DNA of 64,000 bases from Candidatus Kerfeldbacteria bacterium (GTDB lineage Bacteria; Patescibacteriota; Patescibacteriia; UBA9570; XYC2-FULL-38-9). The notes beneath the pieces are model-generated. The model was not told the origin of the DNA. It was given only the letters and a program-made list of their open reading frames with translations, and made no database searches. Below, in pieces: positions 8,376 to 17,983 of the stretch. The translations under genes and the position numbers were made by a program. Positions within the stretch are counted from its first letter, which is position 1, and each line of letters begins with the position of its first letter. The stretch is taken from positions 455,411 through 519,410 of the forward strand of contig JACPGJ010000008.1 of NCBI GenBank assembly GCA_016182555.1. Reading direction: 5' to 3'.

Positions 8376-9704
8376 TTATTGTTGAAGATATTGTGGCTGT
8401 ATCTCGTCTTTCCAATAATCGACACTGAAAAAATCATCCGGTGGAATATCTGTGATATTTTTTTGTTCATCAACAGTTGCGTGAGAAACTACTTGATTGT
8501 CTCGATACATGGTGTATTCCAGAATAGTATCATCCGTGGTATTAATAACAAATTCCACAGCTGGATCTGGTAAGCTTTCTTCTTCATTAAAAAATACATT
8601 TGACAGTTGATAACGTACACGTATGATTTCTTTACCAAGGTATTGTTCTTTTTCTTGTGACACCGGTTCTCCTAATTCATCAATACGCTGACGAATACTT
8701 AATGGATCCATAAATTGAGTTTCATATATATTTTCAATAGCGCGACCGAGAAAATCTTTTTGAACTGTTTTTTTATACTCTTCACGAAATGTTTCCAATT
8801 CTTCATTGCTAACAGTGCGAACCTGTATCGTATCAATATTCACTGCATACACTGCTGAGGAACGATCTCCGCTGACTATTTGAAATAAATGATCAGATGT
8901 ATTTTCCCTATGCGCGTTATATCGCATATCGCTGATATTTAGTGATACTTGATGTTGATATTTACCCTCAGCATCAACCCATGAATTAACGACGGATATG
9001 GAATCAATAAATCCAGATGCGCCAGTAGACATTTGTATATTCTCGTCATTTATTGATTCAGCGGTCGTCCAGGTAATGGATAGATCGCCACGAGGATCAT
9101 CTAAATGTTGTGCATGAACATTATTGAGAGCTAATGTTGTACCATTCATGAGTAATTTGGCAGTTCCCATATCAAAACCATCGCTACATTCAAATAAAAG
9201 ATTGACGTCCTTTACCGATGTAGTTTTTTCTTGTTGATAATCCACACGACAGCTTTGATTATCAACAGCGGAATAAAGAGTAGAACCTGTGAGCAAATCA
9301 AAACGCACATTGTTCCCCTGTTGCCAAATAGACACCTTCCCCATAAATCCACTGATTTCCTGATAACGAAATTCTGTAGAATTATTTGGATAAAAGGTAT
9401 TGTCAATAGATTTTGCAAGAACCTGGTTAATGTATATTCCATTTTTTGTATGTGGCCATGAACCAAATTCAATGATGCCAAAGACCGCAATAGCAAGCAC
9501 AACAGGAATGACACCAAAAGAAAATTTGTGTAATTTCATAAAACGAAATGGATGATGAGTAAATAGTGATGAAGAAATTAAATTTTCTTTCTGAAGAATG
9601 CGCGCAATGCGTTGTTGTAATTCACCTTGAAACACTTGGCGTTGTGGAATGATTTCACGTTGTAAAATTCGTGTTAATCGTTTGTTGAAGAAAAATTGTT
9701 TCAT
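8376..9704 (-). CDS. Membrane-anchored hypothetical protein, putative anti-sigma factor
   Basis: Overlaps the ECF sigma stop; short cytoplasmic N-terminus, one TM helix, large extracytoplasmic region. Confidence 0.6.
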   Translation of the reverse strand: MKQFFFNKRLTRILQREIIPQRQVFQGELQQRIARILQKENLISSSLFTHHPFRFMKLHKFSFGVIPVVLAIAVFGIIEFGSWPHTKNGIYINQVLAKSIDNTFYPNNSTEFRYQEISGFMGKVSIWQQGNNVRFDLLTGSTLYSAVDNQSCRVDYQQEKTTSVKDVNLLFECSDGFDMGTAKLLMNGTTLALNNVHAQHLDDPRGDLSITWTTAESINDENIQMSTGASGFIDSISVVNSWVDAEGKYQHQVSLNISDMRYNAHRENTSDHLFQIVSGDRSSAVYAVNIDTIQVRTVSNEELETFREEYKKTVQKDFLGRAIENIYETQFMDPLSIRQRIDELGEPVSQEKEQYLGKEIIRVRYQLSNVFFNEEESLPDPAVEFVINTTDDTILEYTMYRDNQVVSHATVDEQKNITDIPPDDFFSVDYWKDEIQPQYLQQ

Positions 9705-10201
9705 AAATGTAATGGCGCTAATTGTTGACGAAGTATTTTTAATGCGCGAGATAGTGACGCGGCAACCGTACGCTCACCAATCTGCATAATTCCAGCAATT
9801 TCTTTATTGGATAGACCCGCTTGGTGACGCAGCAGCACGATCTCTTTTTGTCGTGACGGCAGTTGATCAATCGCCGCAAGTGCATGAGCAAGATTCAAAG
9901 AAAGATTTGCAACGGCATCACTCATTGCCGCAACAGGAATTTCAATAGCATCGATCGGAATATTGGTGTGTCGCTTTTTTCGGTAATAATCGATAAGCGC
10001 ATGACGAGCGATCGTGAAAATCCAACTACGCAATGTCGCTCCATCTTGTTCGTGGAAATCGTGAATATGTCGAACAACTTTTTCAAAAATGTCGCCAACA
10101 ATATCTTCTGTTTCTACCGTATTCCCAACACGAAAATAGATAAAGCGATACACGGGTTGAAAATAATCGTGAACAATAGTTTCGATTTGATATCTATGCA
10201 T
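9701..10201 (-). CDS. ECF-family RNA polymerase sigma factor (probable start MHRYQ)
   Basis: Region 2 VYRFIYFRV...EDIV...WIFTIARHALIDYYRK; region 4 LPSRQKEIVLLR...SNKEIA. Confidence 0.9.
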   Translation of the reverse strand: MHRYQIETIVHDYFQPVYRFIYFRVGNTVETEDIVGDIFEKVVRHIHDFHEQDGATLRSWIFTIARHALIDYYRKKRHTNIPIDAIEIPVAAMSDAVANLSLNLAHALAAIDQLPSRQKEIVLLRHQAGLSNKEIAGIMQIGERTVAASLSRALKILRQQLAPLHL

Positions 10202-10288
10202 AGGCAATATAAGGAAACGAATGAACAACAAAAATACTGCTTTTGGACGAATTCCGCAAGCAGTATTTTGAAATATTGTTATAGCAAT

Positions 10289-11323
10289 TTATACCGTTGC
10301 TTTACGCCCAACACCAATAGCCTGTTCTATTAAACGATGAGAATATCCATATTCGTTGTCATACCAGGCGACGACTTTCACCAAATTTCCGCCGACCACA
10401 TTGGTGAGCGCTAAATCAACGAGCGAAGAAACAGAGCGACCAATGACGTCGCTGGAGACAATAGGATCATTCGTGACTTCCAGGATGCCTTTGTAGCGCG
10501 GTGTCTCGGCAGCGCTCGTGAGAGCAGCGTTTACTTCTTCGGCAGTGACATCGCGCTTCAGTAACGCCGTAATATCGCTGACTGAACCGACCGGTACGGG
10601 TACACGAAATGCGAGGCCATCAAAAATACCGTTAAGCTGTGGAACTGTTTCCGCAGTAGCGATCGCTGCTCCGGTGGTGGTGGGAACAATATTGAGCGCA
10701 GCACTACGGGCACGACGAGGATCTTTATGAAAGCCGTCCACCAGGTTTTGATCTGCCGTGTATCCATGAATCGTGGACATCATCGCTTTTTCAATACCAA
10801 AAGTGCGCTCTAAAACTTCCATCACCGGCGCGATACAATTTGTGGTACACGATGCATTGGAAATGACTTGGTCTTTTGTTGCGTCAAAATCTTCGTGGTT
10901 CACACCAAGCACAAATGTACCAACAGGCTCCCCTGTTTTTGCTGGGGCGGAAATAATCACCACTTTCGCACCGCCCGCGAGGTGCCTTGCAGCCCCCTCT
11001 TTATTCGTAAACACACCCGTACATTCCAACACAACATCAACTGCCAAATCTTTCCACGGCAATTTTTCCGGTTCTTTTTCCGCGAATTTTTTGAACTGCA
11101 CGCCGTCAACGGAAATGAATCCGGAACCAGAGCTCACTGTATGTGGAAACGCACGATACACCGAGTCATATTTCAATACTTCTGCGGCTTGGGCTTCTGT
11201 TGATAGGTCGTTAATCGCAACGATTTCTACTTCATCAGCATGATGCTCATACGCAATTTTGAATGCGATTTTACCAATGCGTCCAAAACCGTTAATAGCG
11301 ATACGAATTTTTTTCTGTGCCAT
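10289..11323 (-). CDS. gap: Type I glyceraldehyde-3-phosphate dehydrogenase
   Basis: INGFGRIG, SNASCTTNC and WYDNEYGY motifs. Confidence 0.97.
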   Translation of the reverse strand: MAQKKIRIAINGFGRIGKIAFKIAYEHHADEVEIVAINDLSTEAQAAEVLKYDSVYRAFPHTVSSGSGFISVDGVQFKKFAEKEPEKLPWKDLAVDVVLECTGVFTNKEGAARHLAGGAKVVIISAPAKTGEPVGTFVLGVNHEDFDATKDQVISNASCTTNCIAPVMEVLERTFGIEKAMMSTIHGYTADQNLVDGFHKDPRRARSAALNIVPTTTGAAIATAETVPQLNGIFDGLAFRVPVPVGSVSDITALLKRDVTAEEVNAALTSAAETPRYKGILEVTNDPIVSSDVIGRSVSSLVDLALTNVVGGNLVKVVAWYDNEYGYSHRLIEQAIGVGRKATV

Positions 11324-11335
11324 AAAAATAAAAAA

Positions 11336-11836
11336 TTATAAAAATGAAAATACTCCTAAGGTGATTGCTGTGGCAATAACGCCCGCAAACAGAATACCGC
11401 CAAATAACATAGGAAAAGCTTTATGAAATGGGATGCCAAATAACCATGCCGCGAGTGCGCCACTCCACATGCCAGAACCGGGCAGTGGCAATGGAATAGC
11501 CACAAAAAACAACAAGGCTGCATTGCCCCATTTTTCATGTTTCGCATAAAAATCTTTACGCGTTTTTTCAAACAGCCAGGTAAAAAATCTGTTCATGATT
11601 TTTGAATGTCGGCGTAAGATATTAGCAATCGGTTCAATGAATAATAAAATCGCGATTCCCGGCACTAAGCTACCGCTCACGGCGAGCAGATAGACTTTCC
11701 ACCACGGTAAGTGCCACCCGCCAATACCGGCAGGAATAGCCGCACTCAATTCCAATGACGGTAACATGGCAATCAAAAAAACAGCCAACTCATGTGGAAT
11801 TGTCGCAAATGTTTCTAACGGGTTAATTCCAAGCAT
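11336..11836 (-). CDS. Small multidrug export (Sm_multidrug_ex)-like membrane protein; start re-assigned to MLGINP
   Basis: AMLPSLELSAAIPAG and FVAIPLP..GSGMWSGALAAWLFG motifs. Confidence 0.75.
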   Translation of the reverse strand: MLGINPLETFATIPHELAVFLIAMLPSLELSAAIPAGIGGWHLPWWKVYLLAVSGSLVPGIAILLFIEPIANILRRHSKIMNRFFTWLFEKTRKDFYAKHEKWGNAALLFFVAIPLPLPGSGMWSGALAAWLFGIPFHKAFPMLFGGILFAGVIATAITLGVFSFL

Positions 11837-12782
11837 AATGTAAAAATGTCCATTCAATGATCTGTTTTGCGGTAGTAAACCGACCTTCTTCTGTTGGCGC
11901 ACCAAGCACGACAACAATGACATCGCGTTCGCTGTGTGGTTCACGTACTTCGACCACCACGCAGTAGCCAGCTTCATCTGTATAGCCTGTTTTTCCACCA
12001 ACGATGTTCAGATCTGTATCATATAATAATTTATCGGTGGTGTATACGGTAATCGGCTGGTGCGTATCTTCGATTTCTTGAGCGTGTTTGGTCATACTGG
12101 CTGGCACTTGAATTTCGGGTTTACTGAAGGCTTCTCGGGCAAGCAAGGCAATATCGAACGGGGTGGAAATGTTCCCTTTGTACAAGCCCGTGGGATCGAC
12201 AAATGTCGTATGTTCCATACTCAGTGCCTGAGCTTTGTGATTCATGGCAGCGACAAATTCGTCTTCGCTGAGTCTACTGCTGTGTGCCAGTGCGAGCGCC
12301 GTGTCATTATATGAAGCCACCAGGCTTGAGCGGAGTACATTGAACGTCGTCAGTTGTGCGCCATAAGGCAGATTCAATTCCTTCCCCCCAGGTGTATCAT
12401 CTTCTGGAGCGAATGTGTGAATATGATTTAACCCATCAGCAGGTTTATGATCAAGCCACACCAATGCGGTCATGAGTTTGGTAATGGAAGCAATAGACAC
12501 TTCGGCGTCTGGATTTTTTTGCCATAATACTTGTTGTGTTGCGGCGTCCATCACCACGCTACTGCGCGCATCAATTTCCGGACCGTGATCGTCATCAATT
12601 TTTTTTGGTGGAAGAAATGTCGTGTCAACCGCTGGCATCAACCGCCATTCAAACGCGTTCGCCTCTTCAGACGTGGTTGTTGGCACAATCACAAAATGCT
12701 CTGCCTGCGTCATCGCTTCCGGCAATGGCAGTTTGGCTAATTGAGTAATAATAGCAATACTCAGTAAAAAATTGGTGAGCAT
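11823..12782 (-). CDS. D-alanyl-D-alanine carboxypeptidase (peptidase S11)
   Basis: SITK (SxxK), SYN (SxN), KTG and FVDPTGL motifs. Confidence 0.9.
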   Translation of the reverse strand: MLTNFLLSIAIITQLAKLPLPEAMTQAEHFVIVPTTTSEEANAFEWRLMPAVDTTFLPPKKIDDDHGPEIDARSSVVMDAATQQVLWQKNPDAEVSIASITKLMTALVWLDHKPADGLNHIHTFAPEDDTPGGKELNLPYGAQLTTFNVLRSSLVASYNDTALALAHSSRLSEDEFVAAMNHKAQALSMEHTTFVDPTGLYKGNISTPFDIALLAREAFSKPEIQVPASMTKHAQEIEDTHQPITVYTTDKLLYDTDLNIVGGKTGYTDEAGYCVVVEVREPHSERDVIVVVLGAPTEEGRFTTAKQIIEWTFLHYAWN

Positions 12783-12812
12783 AGAAAATACGGTGAGTTA
12801 CTGACGTACAAA

Positions 12813-13385
12813 TTATACGGCTTGTTGAAAAAAATCTTCGGGGTTTTGTTGAGCTGCAAGCAATTCCTGCAGGTGCACATTCTTGTTCAACTCTTCGTAA
12901 TTTGGAAGATCGGTGATTTTATTTAATCCAAGATAGCGCAAAAATTCAATGGTCGCGCTATACACCGGCGTGCCAATTTCTGTTTCACCGACTTCTTCCA
13001 CGAGTCCGCGAATCATCAAATTGCGAAGAATAAGGCTGCAATTTACACCACGAATCAATTCAATTTCGGTTTTTGGAACCGGACCGCGATAGGCAATGAT
13101 CGTCAATGTTTCCAATGATGGGCGCGTCAGCTCTCCGGTTTCCTCTTCCTGAATATATTGCTGAATAAATGCAGATTCTGCTGGCGCAGTCATGAGCTGC
13201 ACCGTATTGCTTTCAATAACCAACGTCACTCCACCACCGCGTTGTTCATATTGGCCTTGCAATACAGTGACGGTTGTCGCTACCGCTTCTTCTTCTGCAC
13301 TGCATATATGTGCTAATTTCTTGAACGTGAATGGTTTAGATTCAAGAAACAGCAATGCTTCAATTTTTCGCTGCAGACTTTCCAT
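12813..13385 (-). CDS. scpB: SMC-Scp complex subunit ScpB
   Basis: IEALLF and LTRPSLETLTIIAYRGPV...IRGVN motifs. Confidence 0.93.
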   Translation of the reverse strand: MESLQRKIEALLFLESKPFTFKKLAHICSAEEEAVATTVTVLQGQYEQRGGGVTLVIESNTVQLMTAPAESAFIQQYIQEEETGELTRPSLETLTIIAYRGPVPKTEIELIRGVNCSLILRNLMIRGLVEEVGETEIGTPVYSATIEFLRYLGLNKITDLPNYEELNKNVHLQELLAAQQNPEDFFQQAV

Positions 13386-13389
13386 AAAA

Positions 13390-14109
13390 TTATATATGTG
13401 AATGTTTTTTAATACGCATTTGTTTAAAGGATTGATCTTGTTCTACCACAATCGTCTGTTGTTTCACCAGTTCGAGTAATGCCAGAAATGTCACAACGAC
13501 TTCTCCACGATCTCGATTATCCGCAAGCAACTGGTCAAAACTCATGGTGATATTTTTTTCGATCAAGTTGCGCACCTGCGCCAATTTTTCACGCAAGCTC
13601 ATCACTTTTTCAATCGCAGCTTTTGGAATACGCACGACGGGTTCAAGACGGCTTAAGATGTCGACAAAAAATGTACGTAAGTGCTCAGTAGATATATCCT
13701 GCGGCGGATGAAATACCACTTGCGTAAATTTTTCACGAGGCGTTTTTTTCGCGTAGAGAAATTGTTTGCGACCGATCAGTTCTTCAATACCTACCGTTGC
13801 TTCCGCATATTTTTTATACATGCGCAGTTGTGCAGCCAACTCGCCAGGGTCTTCTTCGTCTTCTATTTGCAGATACGGCAAGAGTGCACGCGATTTAAGC
13901 AGCAGCAGCTTTGTGGCAACAACAAGGAAATCTGCCAGTTCTTCGGGTAAGCGCTCTTCAACCTCCTCTAAATACGCTAAGAATTGTTCGGTAACACTCG
14001 CGAGCGATACTTCCGTAATTTCCAATTGGTCTTCTTCAATGAGTTGCAATAACAAATCGAGCGGGCCAGTAAAATTTTCAAGTTCCAGCGCTTTTTTCAT
14101 GCTTGTCAC
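13390..14109 (-). CDS. scpA: Segregation/condensation protein A
   Basis: FTGPLDLLLQLI, LLLLKSRALLP and VVTFLALLEL motifs. Confidence 0.93.
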   Translation of the reverse strand: MTSMKKALELENFTGPLDLLLQLIEEDQLEITEVSLASVTEQFLAYLEEVEERLPEELADFLVVATKLLLLKSRALLPYLQIEDEEDPGELAAQLRMYKKYAEATVGIEELIGRKQFLYAKKTPREKFTQVVFHPPQDISTEHLRTFFVDILSRLEPVVRIPKAAIEKVMSLREKLAQVRNLIEKNITMSFDQLLADNRDRGEVVVTFLALLELVKQQTIVVEQDQSFKQMRIKKHSHI

Positions 14110-15372
14110 TTAGGAAGATGTTAAGTAGGCATCAATAAACGCATCGGGGTTTTTAGGATGACTCTCTGCAGCACGCTTGATAACAGCCTGATTCACTCGA
14201 CCTTGATATTTCTCGGTAAGACGATCTATTGCCTCAAGATATTCATCAATGAACCCATCAGGGTCTTTCAAGCTATTCAAAGCAGCATATTTGATAACAG
14301 TTTGACCCACTCGATCATGATATTTCTGACTCAGACGATCCATGATCTTAAGATATCCGTCAATAAAACCATCAGGATCCTTGGGATTACTCTCTGCGGC
14401 ATGCTTAATAACGCTTTGATCCACTCGACTTTGATATTTCTCGGTTAGATGACTCACGGTCTTAAGATATCCGTCAATAAAACCATCAGGGTCTTTCAAG
14501 CTATTCAAAGCAGCATATTTGATAACACCCTGATCAACTCGATCCTGATATTTCTCAGTAAGACGATCTACTGCCTCAAGATACTCATCAATAAAACCAT
14601 CAGGATCCTTGGGATTGCTCTCTGCGGCACGTTTGATAACTCTTTGATCCACTCGATCCTGATACTTCTGACTCAAACGATCCACGGTCTTAAGATATCC
14701 GTTAATGAAACGATCAGGATCCTTGGGATTGCTCTCTGCGGCACGTTTGATAACACTTTGATCCACTCGATCCTGATACTTCTCAGTAAGACAATCCACT
14801 GCCTCAAGATACTCATCAATAAAACCATCAGGATATCTAGGATTACTTACCGCGGCACGTTTGATAACTCTTTGATCCACTCGATCCTGATACTTTTCAG
14901 CGAGGCGCTCTATTTCTTTTGGATTGAGCCAATGAGATAACTCTGCAAATGCGAGTGTTGTCAAAAATGAATCCCCACGCCGATGTGATTGGCGCAGTGA
15001 CAAAATAAAATCAAACACGGCTTGATCAAAAATGGTTGCAAATTGTACTGTATTATGCAAAAGACTTTCTGGTGATTTTTTTTCTAATCTTGCTACAATT
15101 TTAATTTTTTTTTGCAGTGTGGATTGAAATACTTTTATAACATCATCGACTGATATTGCCCGTGCCTCTTCAAAATCTTTACTTATTTTCTTCCATTCAT
15201 TCTCTATCCATTCTCGATTGGCTTGAACAGCTACGGCAACAGCGGCTTCAAGTGTTGGTTTCACCTGTTCTTTAAAAGCTGTAGTTCCGACACCCTTAAT
15301 AGTAATTCCTTCCGTTAATGCTTGGCTTTTCGCTTTTCGGCCTTCGCGTATGAGGCTAGGTTTATAACGCAT
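14110..15372 (-). CDS. Hypothetical protein with 7 tandem 38-aa helical repeats (probable start MRYKPS)
   Basis: Unit ~TEKYQDRVDQxVIKxAAxxxxKDPDGFIDxYLxxVDRL; 114-bp DNA periodicity. Confidence 0.8.
   Translation of the reverse strand: MRYKPSLIREGRKAKSQALTEGITIKGVGTTAFKEQVKPTLEAAVAVAVQANREWIENEWKKISKDFEEARAISVDDVIKVFQSTLQKKIKIVARLEKKSPESLLHNTVQFATIFDQAVFDFILSLRQSHRRGDSFLTTLAFAELSHWLNPKEIERLAEKYQDRVDQRVIKRAAVSNPRYPDGFIDEYLEAVDCLTEKYQDRVDQSVIKRAAESNPKDPDRFINGYLKTVDRLSQKYQDRVDQRVIKRAAESNPKDPDGFIDEYLEAVDRLTEKYQDRVDQGVIKYAALNSLKDPDGFIDGYLKTVSHLTEKYQSRVDQSVIKHAAESNPKDPDGFIDGYLKIMDRLSQKYHDRVGQTVIKYAALNSLKDPDGFIDEYLEAIDRLTEKYQGRVNQAVIKRAAESHPKNPDAFIDAYLTSS
14115..14905 (-). repeat. Intragenic tandem repeat, 7 x 114 bp
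   Basis: For example, TCGATCCTGATACT recurs at ~14767 and 14881, 114 bp apart. Confidence 0.9.
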
Positions 15373-15376
15373 ATTT

Positions 15377-16765
15377 CTATCTTTCTTTGATCTGAATACC
15401 AAGTTCGTCCAGTTGTTGCTGTGCGACAACAGAAGGCGCACCCATCAACAAATCTCGTCCTTCGGCGGTTTTTGGAAATGCAATGACTTCGCGAATGCTT
15501 GGTTCATTGGCCAAAATCATGACAATGCGGTCAATACCCGGGGCAATTCCGCCATGAGGTGGTGCGCCATACGTAAACGCATTCAACATGTGACCAAAAC
15601 GAGATTCTTGCTCTTCTTTGCTAATGTTGAGCAGATTAAAAATTTTCTGCTGCATCGTCTGTTCATGAATACGAATGCTACCACTGGCAAGTTCATATCC
15701 ATTCAAAACTAAATCGTATGAATTTGCGCGAACACTCAATGGTTCGTTATCGAGCTTTGCAACATCTTCCGGTTTCACCGAACAGAATGGATGATGTTTA
15801 GCTTGTAAACTTCCATCATCCCCTTCTTCAAACATGGGAAAATCGAGCACCCAGCAAAATGCTAACTCATTTGGGTCTTCCGGATTTTTTCGTAAATCTG
15901 GTTTATCATGACCAAATTTTTCCATCGATTCTGCATACGTTAACCGTGGGAATGGAACGGTGGAAAGATGTTTTTCTGGCGCAGTCTGTTTCACCATTTC
16001 AATAAACATCGCTTCGGTGTATTGCAAAATATCTTCTTGGGTAATGAAAGACATTTCATAATCGAGTTGCGTAAATTCTGGTTGGCGGTCTCCGCGTGAA
16101 TCTTCATCTCGAAAGCACCGCGCAATTTGGAAGTATCGTTCTAACCCCGACACCATCAATAATTGTTTAAACTGTTGCGGCGATTGTGGCAATACATAAA
16201 ATTTTCCTTTTTGTAAACGCGATGGAACGATGTACTCTCGTGATCCTTCTGGTGTTCCTTTCATCATAATAGGCGTTTCAATTTCTAGAAAATCATGTTC
16301 ACCCATATACCTGCGGAAAAACGCAACAACCCGGTCACGCAACATGATATTCTTCTTCATTCGTTCTGTACGCAAATCAAGATAGCGGTATTTCATTCGC
16401 AATTCTTCGTTGATCGGCTGTGTATCTTGCGCAACATCAAACGGCGGCGTCTCCGCAGTGTTCAAAATAGTGAGCGCGAGGGCTTCAATTTCAATGGTGC
16501 CAGTTGGCGAGTTGGCATTCACCTGTTTTTCCGGGCGCGCATTTACTTGGCCACGAATTTCAACCACAAATTCCGGGCGCAGTCTTGCGGCTTCTTCCAA
16601 TGCCTCTTTATGATTCGGTAAAAAGACCACTTGGCAAATGCCTGAGCGGTCACGAAGATCAATAAAAATAAGCTTTCCCATGTCGCGGCGGACGTGTACC
16701 CAGCCTTTTAACACCACCTCCTGCCCTGTTTTTTGCAGGGTATCAATAATCCATGTACGTTCCAT
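15377..16765 (-). CDS. aspS: Aspartate--tRNA ligase (short form lacking the GAD insertion)
   Basis: FIDLRD, YRYLDLR, LPQSPQQFKQLLM, CFRDEDSRGDRQPEFTQLD and GAPPHGG; 462 aa. Confidence 0.95.
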   Translation of the reverse strand: MERTWIIDTLQKTGQEVVLKGWVHVRRDMGKLIFIDLRDRSGICQVVFLPNHKEALEEAARLRPEFVVEIRGQVNARPEKQVNANSPTGTIEIEALALTILNTAETPPFDVAQDTQPINEELRMKYRYLDLRTERMKKNIMLRDRVVAFFRRYMGEHDFLEIETPIMMKGTPEGSREYIVPSRLQKGKFYVLPQSPQQFKQLLMVSGLERYFQIARCFRDEDSRGDRQPEFTQLDYEMSFITQEDILQYTEAMFIEMVKQTAPEKHLSTVPFPRLTYAESMEKFGHDKPDLRKNPEDPNELAFCWVLDFPMFEEGDDGSLQAKHHPFCSVKPEDVAKLDNEPLSVRANSYDLVLNGYELASGSIRIHEQTMQQKIFNLLNISKEEQESRFGHMLNAFTYGAPPHGGIAPGIDRIVMILANEPSIREVIAFPKTAEGRDLLMGAPSVVAQQQLDELGIQIKER

Positions 16766-16837
16766 ACAAATTCAAAAAATAATAATTACGTATTTGCCAC
16801 TATACAGGATATATACGCTTTTTTCAACAATTGGGTG

Positions 16838-17914
16838 TTATAATTTTTTGTATCGCGTACCACGCCCCTGCCCGATACGCTTCAACTTTCCCAATTTCAC
16901 TAAACGATTCAGTGCCTGACGAACGGTGGGCATCACCACACCAGTGGCTTTCACTATCTCGGTTGGGCCAGCTTCTGCTACATCACCAAAATATTTCCAC
17001 ACGGCGTATTGTTTTGGCGAAAGCGTGTCTTCCACTTTTTCTTCTTGCAAGTACGCGAGTGCTTTTGTCGCTTGCTCTCGCACAACAGAAAGAAAAAAAT
17101 TCAACCACGGAGTAATAGTTTCACTCTCCGTGCCAAAAGTTTGTTGAGATTTTCGCAACGCAATATAATATTCGTCCTTCCGACGTTCTACAATTTGCTC
17201 GTGCGAAACATAGTGCACAAACTGATACCCCGATCGCAACAACAACAAATTCGTGAGCACACGTGAAGTTCGGCCATTCCCATCTTCAAACGGATGAATT
17301 TTCAAAAACTCAATAATAAAATTGGCAATGATTAACAGCGAATGAAAACGATTTTTCTCCAATGCAACTATTGTCCAATCCACCAACTCTTGCATCTCTT
17401 TTGCGGTCAAATACGCCGGTGTTGTTTCAAACATGATTCGCACCACTTGACCGTTCTGTCCCAATACACCCACCGTATTCTCTTTCTTTTTGTATTCACC
17501 TCGATGCAGATCATCTTTGGTAGAATATTTCAACAACTCTTTATGCAGCGCGGTAATGATGCTTTCTCGCAGCGGCAGTGTTTGAAAGCTCTCAAATACT
17601 TTTTGCAGGGTTTCCAAATAACCCTGCACTTCTTGTGAATCACGGTCAGCAAATTTTGAAACCGCAAGACCACGCATTATTTTTTCTACTTCTTCATCTG
17701 TGAGCTTGCTCCCTTCAATACGAGTAGAACTACCTGCAGAAGTGATAAGCGTGGATTTACGAAGATGGTCAATCGCTTGTGGCGTCATGCGCAAACCAGA
17801 CTTAAATTCACCACGAATACCATCAATTTCCGCCAAAAGAGCCACGATGTGGGGTTCGGGGTTATGTACTCGATTATCGTATTTTCGCTTAATATCGCTA
17901 TTATTTTCGCTCAT
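16838..17914 (-). CDS. Fic family protein with C-terminal wHTH
   Basis: SSTRIEG, HPFEDGNGRTSR, and C-terminal TVRQALNRLV...GQGRGTRY. Confidence 0.9.
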   Translation of the reverse strand: MSENNSDIKRKYDNRVHNPEPHIVALLAEIDGIRGEFKSGLRMTPQAIDHLRKSTLITSAGSSTRIEGSKLTDEEVEKIMRGLAVSKFADRDSQEVQGYLETLQKVFESFQTLPLRESIITALHKELLKYSTKDDLHRGEYKKKENTVGVLGQNGQVVRIMFETTPAYLTAKEMQELVDWTIVALEKNRFHSLLIIANFIIEFLKIHPFEDGNGRTSRVLTNLLLLRSGYQFVHYVSHEQIVERRKDEYYIALRKSQQTFGTESETITPWLNFFLSVVREQATKALAYLQEEKVEDTLSPKQYAVWKYFGDVAEAGPTEIVKATGVVMPTVRQALNRLVKLGKLKRIGQGRGTRYKKL

Positions 17915-17983
17915 ATATTAACGCTATAGTGTATATAGCGGATTATAGCCGATTATAGCGGAAAATGCAAATATGCCCTATTT

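Noticed and set aside
14158-14940. Plus-strand repetitive ORFs (14158..14448, 14449..14940)
   Set aside because: These are antisense shadows of the 114-bp repeat gene.
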